A DNA stretch of 63,995 nt, counting the filler, from Neolecta irregularis DAH-3 (taxonomy: Eukaryota), in assembly GCA_001929475.1 (NCBI GenBank). It is 6 parts of 6 records of this genome, joined end to end, with 100 filler letters (N's around TTAATTAATTAA, not from the genome) between each part and the next. Parts side by side here need not be neighbours in the genome. Positions count along the whole stretch, not along the records: positions 1 to 1,977 come from LXFE01000637.1; positions 2,078 to 29,386 come from LXFE01004296.1; 4 more parts are not named here. One strand, written 5' to 3'. The translations under genes were made by a program, and so were the position numbers. Each line of letters starts with the position of its first letter. The first letter of the stretch is position 1. The notes under the pieces are model-generated. The model saw only the letters and a program-made list of their open reading frames with translations. It was not told the origin of the DNA and ran no database searches. Shown here in pieces: positions 1 through 11,229 of the stretch.

Positions 1-149
1 AGCAGGAACATGCGGCGGTGTGTGGGAAGATTGGTGGCAACTATCTGTTGTGGGGAATTGGTGGACGGTACTTGGGCTGAGGCTCGTGGTGCAGAGGGCT
101 GTGGCCTGTCCTAGATCTTCCAGAAAAACAGAGAACGAGTGCTGCAGCC

Positions 150-520
150 GCAGTCCATGCCAGGATAAGAAGCAGCGGTAGCGGAGGGGAGGAGATGGAG
201 GCAGGGCAGAGGGAGGGCAGGCAGCGGGAGGACAGGCCTTGCGAAAAGGAGAACCGGCGCAGTCCATGCCGGGATAATGAGCGGCGGTAGCGGAGTGGGG
301 GAAGATGGAGGTAGCCAGGATAATGAGCAGCGGTAGTGGAGGGGAGGAGGATGGAGGCAGGGCAGAGGGAGGACAGGCAGCGGGAGGACAGGCCAGCACT
401 GGCAGGGCGAAGAGGAGAACAGGCGCAGTCCATGCCGGGATAACTAGCAGTGGTAGCGAAAGGGAGGAGGATAGAGGCAGGGCAGAGGGAGGACAGGCAG
501 TGGTAGAACAGGCCAGTACT
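150..520. repeat. Purine-rich imperfect tandem repeats upstream of the hAT transposase (probable subterminal repeats)
   Basis: Blocks GCAGTCCATGCC(A/G)GGATAA and GGAGGCAGGGCAGAGGGAGG(G/A)CAGGCAG each recur three times between about 150 and 515. Confidence 0.75.
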
Positions 521-616
521 GGAGTGACCTAGCACATCAGGAGGAGGCGTAAGATTGAGACAAATGGTGGTTCAGGTACACGTCATTTTTTTCCCTCATT
601 CACCGTAAACAATACC

Positions 617-1977
617 ATGTCTACATTCAACAGTTCTCTCTCTGATGCACCTGGTGACATACCCACAGATATATCATTTGAATCTGACTACTTAGCAACC
701 CCAACTACATCAAGCCTACCACATGCTACCAAGCAGAATGAGCAATCGACCATCTGGGAGCACTGCATCCCACGTGTCAATGACGAGCCATTTCGCAACT
801 CCAATGGCAAAAGAATATGGCGTTGTAACCCATGTTCTTTAGACAAAAAACACACGGAGTTCAATATTCAAAATGGTACTAGTGCAGTATCTCGACATCT
901 TGTACAAAAACATCGAATTATACTTCTAGATAAACGATCTGTACGAGATGAAACTGCACAGAAAACAGTGTCTCAAATCACTGAATTCTTCCAAGAAATG
1001 CCTCCACCAAATAAACGGTTTAAAATCTTGATGGATCCAACAATTCTTCGAGAACTATGGCTTCAATTCATTACACAGAATGATTTACCTCTTCGTCTCA
1101 ATGAATCACCTGCTCTCCGTACTCTTCTACAGTTTTTGAGTCCTGAAGCTAATTCTACTTTACCACTGAGCCATACAGCAGTTGCAGATGATCTAAAACG
1201 ATCATTTACCTTTAAAAAAGGTCTTGTCAAAACAGCCTTGCAACATGCTAAATCTTCAATACATATATGTCCAGATATATGGAGTTCTGGTAATAACCTT
1301 TCATTACTTGGTGTTAGAGTACATTTTGTCTCAGAAGACTTCAAGCTTGAAGAGCTTACCCTGGGTCTAAAAGAGTTAGATGGGGCACACACTGGTGAGA
1401 ATATTGCAGGTGTACTTCTTGATTTACTTCTTGATTATAATATTGCCAATAAACTTGGCTTTCTTAATGCTGATAATGCAGCAAATAATAATACAGCAGC
1501 CAGATCACTTTCATTACAACTTTCTGAACTGAATATAGAATGGGATTCCAAGATTCATCGTTTGAGATGTGCAGGCCACATTATCAATCTTTCAGTTATG
1601 GCATTTCTTCTTGGCAAGCATCCTCATTGTAGTACAGGAGAAATTGATTTAAATAGTATCAAAGACTGGCATGCACATGGACCACTTGGCAAGCTCCATA
1701 ATATTGTGGTATGGGTTATGTTTAATCCACAAAGGATAAAAGCCTTCCGAGCTCGAACAAAAGAGCAGTATATCTTAAAAAGGGATAATTCAACAAGATG
1801 GAATTCATGGTATAATATGATAGCATGGGCACTAAAACCAGAAATCATGCGAGCAATTAAAGATACTGTCGATGAAGAACCAGATTTAGCACGTGAAGTT
1901 CTCTCAACCATCAACTGGAAGACTCTTTCAAGGATATGTGAATTTCTGGAGCCATTCCTACATACAACAAAGGCTTG
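617..1977 (+). mobile_element. hAT-family (Ac/restless-like) transposase, 3' end cut by the contig break
   Basis: BED zinc finger (IWEHC..WRCNPC..TSAVSRHLVQKH), RNase H-like catalytic motifs PDIWSS and ADNAANN, CxxH motif RCAGHIINL, and STRWNSWY. The ORF is uninterrupted up to the Ns. Confidence 0.92.
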
Positions 1978-2077
1978 NNNNNNNNNNNNNNNNNNNNNNN
2001 NNNNNNNNNNNNNNNNNNNNNTTAATTAATTAANNNNNNNNNNNNNNNNNNNNNNNNNNNNNNNNNNNNNNNNNNNN
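1978..2077. other. Artificial contig spacer (N-run + TTAATTAATTAA + N-run); the same spacer occurs at 29387-29486, 35784-35883, 60689-60788 and 62883-62982
   Basis: Identical 100-nt linker with stop codons in all frames, seen five times. Confidence 0.98.
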
Positions 2078-2321
2078 GACTTTCGATCGAGATAATCCGA
2101 TAATAAAGTCGAGGTTGTAGGGACGATTTGGCTTAATGCAGCCTCTCTGCAATGCTTTACAAAACGTGTTGTAAACCAATTGGAAACTGTTCCCCCAGGA
2201 AGGCTTTTAAAGACTTCTTCTACCCAATCCTCTTCAGAATAATAGACGAGAAAAGCAGAGTTTGAAAACACTGGCAATAAATACTCTGGTTGATTTGCAG
2301 GCTTCAAACTAGAAAATCAGA

Positions 2322-2494
2322 TGGCGGGCGGGTGGACACACTGTAAAAATCTATCAAGCAAGTCCATCCAAGCGAGTCCAAGTATGCAAGTAAAATACCA
2401 AACAAGTCCAAGAAAGCAAGTCAAAGGGGCCGAAATATGCAAGCAAGCAAGTCAAAAGTTCAGACTTGGACTTGCTTACTTGTTAGCAAGTCTG
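2322..2494. mobile_element. DNA-transposon terminus (hAT-like), copy 1
   Basis: Closely matches 36090-36253. It has CAAGT/GCAAGT subterminal repeats, and homology ends sharply at GCAAGTCTG (5'-CAGACTTGC on the minus strand, a hAT-type CAG end). Confidence 0.75.
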
Positions 2495-2931
2495 GATGCA
2501 TTATCATATCGACCGCCTAAGATACCAAAAATGATTTTCCTTCGTTGAAGGTGAATTATGTAATACGCCAAAGAAATGCTGTGCAACGGTCGACAATCTC
2601 GGAAATATCCATCGGTTGATCACGGGTTTTCAAAAGACAATTATAAATTGAATTTCAACGGGAATGCTGATTGGTACATATCAGGTCAATTCGGCATTAC
2701 CGATGATAGGGAAATATTTAGATCTAGTGAGTATGTAAGCTATGCGCTTAGAAGTGCGATAAGACCAAGTGTTACAACTAGCCTAAGGATTCGTACTTCG
2801 CTAAGAATATCAATTTCCGCCTTCATATACTTCCTGTCAAGCCACCTTGCCGTATTGGTAAGATATACCCAAAGGGTAAACCACCAAGGTGTCAATCAGA
2901 GTCTTTTGAGAGGAAAAGGATTCCTGGATAA
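2495..2931 (+). pseudogene. Decayed paralogue of the secreted protein at 3154-3546
   Basis: Frameshifted segments LSY..FVEGELC..CATVDNLGNIH and LNFNGNADWYISGQFGITDDREIFRSS align with the neighbour (LSY..FTVSDEQLC..CADVDNNGNIH; LDFEGESHWYISGEFGENSDRRIYRTS). The 5' end is replaced by the transposon terminus. Confidence 0.8.
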
Positions 2932-3153
2932 ATATTTTGCAAACTCTATTGCTACTATTAGTATTTGTAATAACATGCTACTCCTTTCTACTTTTCGTAA
3001 TTGATCAAACACATCCCTATCTCAATCGTAATTACTGAATTTGACTATAATTACAAATTTGGCTACAATGCCTAATTGAATTTCAGGGATGACATAAATA
3101 CTAGGTTAAAGGTATAAATATTCCATCTCGCCCATTTGAATCTTATACTCGCA

Positions 3154-3546
3154 ATGAAATTCATCCTTTCTCTCCTTGTCAGTGGTGTTTTCGCCTTTAA
3201 CCTCGTCGTTGAGCATGAGGGAACCAACTATCTTGTGGTTAATGAGAAAGGATTTCTCAGCTACCCTTCAGCTACCCTCGAGGACAGGCAAGATTTTACC
3301 GTCAGTGATGAACAATTATGTGTTCCGAAAATCAACATCTGCGCAGATGTCGACAATAATGGAAATATCCATTTTCACGCACCTACACAGACTAAGCAGA
3401 AATTTTCAGTTAATGGCCCTAATTTGGATTTCGAGGGAGAAAGCCATTGGTATATATCGGGTGAATTCGGCGAAAACAGTGATCGAAGAATATATCGCAC
3501 TAGTGGTAGTTTCCATACCACCGAGGTGCCAATTGAAATCAGATAG
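3154..3546 (+). CDS. Small secreted protein (130 aa), Cwp1/PhiA-like beta-rich cell-wall protein type
   Basis: TATAAATA at 3113-3120; signal peptide MKFILSLLVSGVFA; intronless. Family assignment is by pattern only. Confidence 0.8.
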   Translation: MKFILSLLVSGVFAFNLVVEHEGTNYLVVNEKGFLSYPSATLEDRQDFTVSDEQLCVPKINICADVDNNGNIHFHAPTQTKQKFSVNGPNLDFEGESHWYISGEFGENSDRRIYRTSGSFHTTEVPIEIR

Positions 3547-3839
3547 TGTAGTGAATATCCTGTAAGCACTGTAATCCTAAGGGACCAGAAGCAGCAATAA
3601 ACAAGTCTGATATCTCCAGTGTTGCAAACAGTGTTGTAGATAGGCCATACTTAGCCCCGCCCATGAGCATAACGGGCTACATCACGTGATAGGCTGCTTT
3701 CTCAACCCTGCCAAACTCTGCCCTTAAGGGTCCTTTGCTGAACACATAAATGAGCCATATCACCTTAGATTTGATAGTATGAACAATTATATTAATCTGC
3801 ATTCTTCTACGCCGCCCTCATCTACCTTGCCCTGCTGCC

Positions 3840-4005
3840 CGGTGACTGTTTCTGTCATGATCTCTTCAACGGAGCTGTCATCATTTCCACAACCCTTAGC
3901 ATGAAGCTCACTTGCAAGATTCTCGAGATCAGCTTTCAAAAGAATGAAATCAAGGAAATGAATACCATTAAAAGCCCGGCAACACTTTTGTATTGTCCTA
4001 ATCCG
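3840..4005 (-). pseudogene. Duplicated fragment of the KASH-like gene (copy of about 9118-9280)
   Basis: Colinear nucleotide similarity; KADLENLASELHAKGCGNDDSSVEEIMTETVT versus KANLKDLASELRAQGSGDDDGSDEEITTETVT. Confidence 0.85.
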
Positions 4006-4069
4006 CAAAATATTAAAGACAGATGGATGTTCTACGAGTCGCGAATTGATTGTGAGTGCTCTTGAAGTA

Positions 4070-4930
4070 GTGGAAGAATTGACACAGTCCTTTGTGCAAA
4101 GGGTACATTCAACTTCTTCTGAGGAGGGTTCAGGTAATTCATCAACAGCATAACTTGATAAATATGATGTAAAGACGGAAATGAATCCACCTTCATTCTT
4201 TGTTTGCTTAAGACATTTCGGGTGGTTAAAGAGGAATTGCATGAATTCGTAGATGCTTGTTAATATGCAAGAACAAGGTGGTAGAAGACCATTTATAAAT
4301 ACCCCAAGAAGAATTCACAAGGTCTAATTGTTAGCAATGCAGTCAATTGTAATACTTGTTTCCAGCCTTTTCGAATGAATTTTTTGTTGCCATTGCAAAT
4401 TTTAAAAAGTACTACCATCGCTAACTACTTTGAAGTCCCGGCCAAGGCGAACAGTGAGTCCAGAAATGGAAACACCATTTCCCTCAATGTAGATAGTGGT
4501 ATTCAATCTCGTTTTGAAGGTATGAGCTTGTAGCGAGTTGATAATTCGATGAAAAACAGCATCATCGGTAGCGGGGGTAAATACATAGGGTAATGCCTCG
4601 ATGACAGGTTTCCAAGTGCTCGAAATTAAGGGGTTACCAATATATTTGCATCGGAACAAATAGAAAGATCTCCTGCACCCGTCAATTGGTATTGAAGTTC
4701 CGTCCATGCATGATCGAACAAAGCCTGATTATCATGTTCTTCAGGCATGATGATTTCATGTGTTTGAATTGCAGCATATATTTCTGGCAGGAAATTGTCT
4801 GGAAAATCGTCGTTATCATTTATTCTGTGAACATGTTTTGCAAAATCAGAGTATTCAATTTTTTTCTGAGATTAGTCACAAGAAGTTGATAACAGATTTA
4901 CCTTTACTTGAGGGTAATGTTGATCCATGT
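4070..4930 (-). pseudogene. GEA2: Fragmentary Sec7-domain ARF-GEF (Gea1/2, GBF1-type) pseudogene
   Basis: DQHYPQVK-intron-KKIEYSDFAKHVHRINDNDDFPDNFLPEIYAAIQTHEIIMPEEHDN (Sec7 C-terminus), STWKPVIEALPYVFTPATDDAVFHRI, VRLGRDFK and SYLSSYAVDELPEPSSEEVECTLCTKDCV are Gea/GBF1-type motifs. Frames are broken and internal deletions are present. Confidence 0.85.
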
Positions 4931-6772
4931 TAGTTGATGTTGATGGAGTAGGCGAGAGTATTATAGGCGATCGTACTGTAGTCACTGCAGTCAAAAGCAA
5001 CAGGCGCGATACGCAGCGCGGCGAAGAGGGCGTAGTGGGAGGCACGAGTGGACAAAACCCTGGCGGCAGGCAAAGGTGGGGACGATTAGCGAGAGCCTGC
5101 AGGCTGCAGAACAAAGGCTTTTCTCAGGACTGTCTGCAAGAGCCGGGATGCCCGCGAGACTGTGAGATGTGCGGGTAGGCTGCGCCCAAGGTTCGCCAAA
5201 GCCGACGGCCATTCATGCGGTGTCGCAGCCATAGTGCAGTGGGGAGGGTGGGTTCGGGTTAGAAACTGGAAGGACCATCTGCCCCAGCCTCCACCGCAGC
5301 TAGAGGCCGTCTGTGAGTCTGGACAAGATGATGAGGCACCAGCTGCAGGTGGGTGAATCACGATTGGGAGGCATAGTGCTGACTGCAGGGTATTTACATC
5401 ATATGTCCAGGCCTCTTTGCCCTCCTGCTTGAATGATGTAATTTTGGGTCTCGCAGCGCTAGCCAGAGCTTCGTTCTAATGCGTTCGATTGGTGAACCAG
5501 AGTACATAGACATGTTGTTTTTACTCTACTTTCCCTTTTTGCGGCGAGGGACTGTGCGTATGCGACACCTGAGGCAAGTCTAATGGGGAGTAAGGGCAAA
5601 GGCACAGGCTCTGCTGGAAGGTTGCACTGGAAGAGATCATGCTGTTGGTGCTGCTAGAATAAGAAAGAGGAATAGAGAGGGACGCAAGTGCTGGAAAGTA
5701 TATTACGTAAAAGAGAACATATCGATGTTGAGATTAGTCTGGGAACCATTGTGTAGGCATCGAGGCCTAGATACGAATAAGACTAGGTTATATTGTTTCT
5801 AGCCCAAGTATTGGCGACTGGACTAGGAATGAACGGCCTATCTGCCATGACATGCTTGTCTTGTATACTTGGTGCAAGCCTGGCGCGCTAGTGGTGTCAA
5901 ACCTCACTGACGTACAATCTCATACTGAGCCCATTATCCTTGGTTCATCTGTCTCCCTTCCACTGACCCCTGTTCCCTCATTGACCAGTCTTCCTTCTGG
6001 TCCTTCTGTGCCCACAGTTAGTTCCCTGGGCATGATCTGCGCTCTAGTGTACCTTCATGATTGGCCGCTGGTGGCGGTCGACTTGCCTTGAACTCTGAGC
6101 TCCCCCCCAGATTGATATCGATATATTCATTGCTTCATTGTCGCTATTGCATTTTTGAAGTTACAGGGAAAAGCCCCAATACGTATTATTTGGGATATTG
6201 CACCTATAATCAAAGATAATTGTTTCTTCATCTTATCACTGTGCTTGAAAGCACCACCCTGTTCGAACCCTAAAAGGTTGTTATCTGTAATCTGCAACAT
6301 GGAATGTAGTCGCTAAGTAAAGATAGCTCCGCACACATTAGTCAAGCATGGTATAATCATATTTAGCCTGGAACACGCAGGCTGCAGTTGTCGAGCATTA
6401 CAGCCTTGGATGACTTGGATAAAATCAAGAAAACCGATCGTTAAACTCCGTTGCTGGATGAATAGAGCATTATTCACCGGTCCTACAAGCAAACATCTAC
6501 AGGTCTACTTATAGGAAACGGAAATAGCCGTGTCGGTTAGAGAAACCTAGACTACGACCAAAGGAAAAGCCAAACAAGAGAGCCTTTAAAATACACTCCA
6601 AAGATTACTATGTCAGTTTTGTATCACAAGCTCTCTGTAGGACGCTAATTGATGGCCATTGTTTCATCAATTCTACCCTATCCTTCAAGCTACGTAAACG
6701 TTGATGGATCTAGAACCTTGAGAGGAAAAGTATAAGACCACTTGTCATCCGCGGCCAGAATCTGTATTCTCT

Positions 6773-7153
6773 ATGAATCTTCTCGTTGTTTTCGCCGGCT
6801 TCGCTTTTACAGCACAAGCCATTTGGACATTCCAGCCCCTTAACTCAAAAGCCATTTACCATTTGTCGCTCAATCAGTATAATAATCATCTAATGGCTGA
6901 AAATTTCGGTAACGCGGACTTCCCTATGACGGTTGATTCAAAGGGTCATTTGATCCACGTGAATTTGAAGGCTTATATCACTGGCGATAATTTAATTGCT
7001 TTCGATTCGAACCGTCCAGACACTTTGTTTTCCATAGACAATGGGGTGATTAAGCATAATGGCTATGCTGTTCTATATTATTGCGTCACAAGTTCGATAT
7101 CCACAGTGGAAACAGGCAATTGTGCTGGGCCCGGTAAACTGGCCCAGCACTAG
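6773..7153 (+). CDS. Small secreted protein (126 aa), Cwp1/PhiA-like
   Basis: TATAAG about 40 nt upstream; signal peptide MNLLVVFAGFAFTAQA; FSIDNGVIKHNG..YYC pattern resembles cell-wall beta proteins. Confidence 0.75.
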   Translation: MNLLVVFAGFAFTAQAIWTFQPLNSKAIYHLSLNQYNNHLMAENFGNADFPMTVDSKGHLIHVNLKAYITGDNLIAFDSNRPDTLFSIDNGVIKHNGYAVLYYCVTSSISTVETGNCAGPGKLAQH

Positions 7154-7789
7154 GAAGATCGTGAAGGGCCGCAACCATAGGTGCAAGAATCCGAGACTTT
7201 AAGCTGATATAAAGGAAGAGATAAGTCTTGACGCAGATGAGGAGGATAGTTTATGTAAAAGCCTAAACAGCCCAATGTTTTTGCTTGCTGGCACGAAAAC
7301 CTAGCTATACAGTCGTTCGTTCTAAGTCCATATTTCCGGCACACCGATATTTGTCCATAGAAGCTGTGATATAGAATGTTATATTTGTGCAATTGTATGT
7401 CTATTAATTACCCTCCTATACAAGAGGTTCAATTGACCTGGGGATTGGACAAGATGATACAGCCTCACTCAGGTACCCATCCAGCTTGTTCCTGTCAATG
7501 ATCCGGGCGAGGAAGAACCCGTCGTCGGATTGTGCGTTTGTATCAAATCATAGGCAACCCAAAGTCAAAAGTCATCAGAAATAGGCATGTCATCAGGTTC
7601 ATCAAGCCTATTTGCATTGAAAAAGAGTGCACAAAATGCCTTATCATCCTCTGGACAGTTAGTATAGACCATATTAGATCCTATTTTGTCAGGCTGTGCT
7701 ATTTCAAGGTTTGTTGTAATTGTTTTCAAATAGTTGGCCTCAAATCATGGCCAAATTATACAAATACATCACCTTTGTATTTCTGTAAC

Positions 7790-7982
7790 TGTAACGATAA
7801 ACTCAGAGATTACCGAGTATAAGTTACCAATCCACTAAGACGGCATAGATTAATATAAGGGTAATTTAGATAGAGTATATAAAGGCAAGCGAGGCATATC
7901 TAATCTAAACTCTAAGGTCTACTTAACTTAGATTAGGAAATATAATCCGATCTTATTTGTACTCAGAGCCTTACGGCTTACA
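7790..7982. mobile_element. Solo LTR (193 bp)
   Basis: TGTAA...TTACA termini, internal TATATAAA, and flanking 5-bp near-duplication GTAAC (7785-7789) / GTGAC (7983-7987). Confidence 0.7.
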
Positions 7983-8641
7983 GTGACATAATTGCATTGG
8001 CTTTTCTCAATATAATTCAGCCAAAACATCTATCAAGACATTACTTCTATTTTTGATCCAATAAAGTCTTTTTTTTATCAAAAGACACGCCCTGCACCTA
8101 CTCATACTCATTGTTTCATCTTGCAACGGAGATTACAATATGATATACGACAATTCCTCTCGAATGGAATCGATCGAAATGTACCATACATGGTTTGTGC
8201 TCTGTTGCGGTAGCTCATAAGACTACCCTCCATCTCTTGCTTCAGTGTCTTATGATTCACAGTGACACATTGTATCTCACGAAAGTATCTACAAAGACCC
8301 ATTCCCGAATGACTTAAAACAATTAACATTAGGAAATCATGAAGGCCGAGCGTGATTGCCCACATTTTATTTTCCTGACGAGGACAAATCTTCTGGGAAT
8401 AATCGGTTTCACTACTAATTTCTGGCAGACACACAATAACTACTGAGATTGTATAGATGTAGCATAAAGATGCTTGGAATGATCTCTACCAATTTAAGGG
8501 TTCGTCATAAACAGCAGAGAGATATGAAATGAAAACAAGTAAAGAGCAAAACCCACCGTGCCAACTAACACCAAGAAATAATTATAAGAGATTGACTGAT
8601 AATGAATGTGAATGAGTAAGAAAGACTAACCTTCCAGAAAC

Positions 8642-10616
8642 CTAAGTTGGCACCCCGGCCACGCCGTCAACCAGCCACCCGAGACATTCAATCCACCTCG
8701 GTCCACCTTCCCACCAACGACGACCCCGCCATCGCCCATGATGATATTGAGTATGCTCGTTCATAAAAGCATAAATCCTCTGTTCTCGCCATCGCGTCCA
8801 TAGAACAGTGAGACCAAATGCAATTACCAGCAATGTCAAAGAATACATCATCAACGCAAGCGTAACGCGGTCAGATTCGGGTGGAACAGGACTACTCGAA
8901 GCACTTTTCCTTTTTCGTTTCGCAGCCAATTTCTTTCGAACAAGTGAATCGATGATATTCTTCTGAATATCGAGTTCTTTGGCAAGATCTTCCGAATCCA
9001 GTTTAAGAAGAGGATCACATTGAGTATCGGCAACACTTGTTTCCGGTTGAACTTGAATACTACAATCAATCATAGTCTTTTTTTCTTCGGACTTGTTTCG
9101 TCGACGACGGGCAGTTCGGGTGACTGTTTCCGTCGTGATCTCTTCATCGGAGCCGTCATCATCTCCAGAACCCTGAGCACGGAGCTCACTCGCAAGATCC
9201 TTGAGATTAGCTTTCAAATGAACGAAATCACGTATATGAATACCGTAGGAAGTCCGGCAACACTTTTGTAATGTCGTAACCCCCGAAAACTACCTGCTTT
9301 CATTTCTTCAAGGTCATTTCGAAGTTTCTTATTCTCATCTTCAAGATCGCGAAACCGTGTCTTTTGTTCACGTAAATCGGTTTGTAAGGATGGAATTCGA
9401 GAATTTTCGTCTTCGAGATGGGAAATACGCTGTCTGAGGACGCGAGCATCATTTTGAGCCTAAAACCTAAGTTGATTAAATTGAAGAGGGAGTACGTCTT
9501 GGAGCTCATCTTGAAGACTCTCGTATCTTGATTGAAGTTGCCTGATTTCTTCTTCCTTCTTAGCAAGAAAATCCTGTACTTTTTGGATGTCGCCTGAGGA
9601 ATAAACACAGTACATGCAGAAAAGGAACCTTACCGACTTGTTCATCGACTCGATTCTTTGCGACATTGTACTTGTCCTTCCATCTCCCTGCATCCCGAGT
9701 GGCTTCAACTATTTCCCCTTCCAACCTCGAAACACTTAATCCAAGCTGTCGTTCCTTCGCCTTTCCCTCAGTCAATTCTCGTTTACGCTCTTTGATTTCC
9801 CATTCAAGCTGATCGACTTGTGCTTCGAGCTCGTGGATTCGAGATTCCTGGGATGACATGAGTATTTGATTCTGGCGTTCTGACTCCTTAAGTCGTTTTG
9901 CGAGATCGTTGTAATAGTCAGGAGATTTGATGGGAGGGCTGGAAGGCATATGTAAAGGAGTAGAATGACCTATCGGTGAGGAATCTTGTCGATGAAACTG
10001 GGGAGTCGAAGGATCGTAACCGGGTAATTGTATCTAGAAAATATTAACAGGTGAGCTCTGTAAAAGCATACAGCCGAAAATCCTTCAATTCCTTCATCGC
10101 CAACGATTCCGATAGTAGCCGAAGTTTGATTTCTTCCTTTGGGTTTGCGAGGAATTTGACTCATCATACCAGAACGAGGCCTAGCAGTACCAAGTGACAT
10201 TGGGCTGTTTTTCAACGGACTGCTTTCAAAGATATTCTTCTGGGGAGTTGTGACTTTCTCAGTCGGCGCATCGAGTTCCCCACCCCCTAACTCCCGAATC
10301 AAGTTTCTGATATCTCCAATACCGACTTCCTCCCCCAGTCCTCCTCGGACGAAATCCTGTGCTTGCGTGCGAGCATATTCATTCAGGATAGGAGCATCGC
10401 GAACAATTTCTAATTCGTCGATGAAGTCCAGAAAATCCTGTAGCGAAATCTAATTGGTAAATAGACCTGGAATAATGCAAACAACACCTTTCCAGTATTA
10501 TTTGGGTCAAACTTCGCGAAAATGGCGGCGACGTCATCCTGTTTTGACACCGGGGTACTTGCTCGTCGTGGAGGCGAATTGTACGAGTCGAGAGGATTAT
10601 ACCCACCAAACGACAT
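8642..10616 (-). CDS. EF-hand + coiled-coil + C-terminal TM protein, probable fungal KASH protein (Kms1/Kms2-like); multi-exon
   Basis: N-terminal EF-hand-like AIFAKFDPNNTGK/ISLQDFLDFIDE, long coiled coil, one TM helix (TLALMMYSLTLLVIAFGLTVLW), and a short Trp-rich tail ending GVPT. Confidence 0.65.
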
Positions 10617-11229
10617 TGGTGTTGACTTTGAGCAGCACGAGCACTCCTCCAATAAATAGGGATTAGATGCGTCTAAGGGCACTGATGTGGAATGGAAAGT
10701 GGATGAATGAGCTGAATGAGAATGATGGTGGTGAGGTAAGGAAAGTGTTAATAATGCATTTCCAATTAAAGCCTGAAGGAGCTTCACTAATCTTCCCATT
10801 GTTATCTAGTACTTTGAATACATAGATTACTTTTTTACGCCCTCATGTTCTGACACCGGTGTATTTTTATTTCATTGTCACTATTATACTAAAAGGATTC
10901 TGCAAGTAAAGGATTTTTGTCCGCATTGAACTAGAGACACCTAGTTTGTAGCTAGGTGTTATACCGTTTATTGGATCTTGTTTTTATTGATTATTGAGCG
11001 CGGTAGTATGGGCGCTCATTGTATCCAGTCGTGGAGACTTGCAAAAGGAACAATTTGCGGGATAGGCAAGAAATTTGAACGTTCATAAGATACGTCACAA
11101 TTCTCGCCAATCCTGGCTTGATTTCATTATAACAACGAAGGAGATTGAATAAAATCATTGATTAAAGATATATGGATCCACTAATTGCTACACCTCAACA
11201 ATCCTTTTATCAGTGATCTTAACATCTGA

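Noticed and set aside
41..535. 164-aa and 75-aa ORFs
   Set aside because: By-products of the purine-rich repeat array; no protein-like features.
2022..2033. TTAATTAATTAA palindrome repeated five times
   Set aside because: Always embedded in fixed-length N-runs; an artificial contig linker.
2078..2307. Short minus-strand ORF as a continuation of the hAT transposase
   Set aside because: Different contig, opposite strand and no recognisable hAT C-terminal motif.
4927..5400. Overlapping GC-rich short ORFs
   Set aside because: No recognisable motifs on either strand; probably TE or filler sequence.
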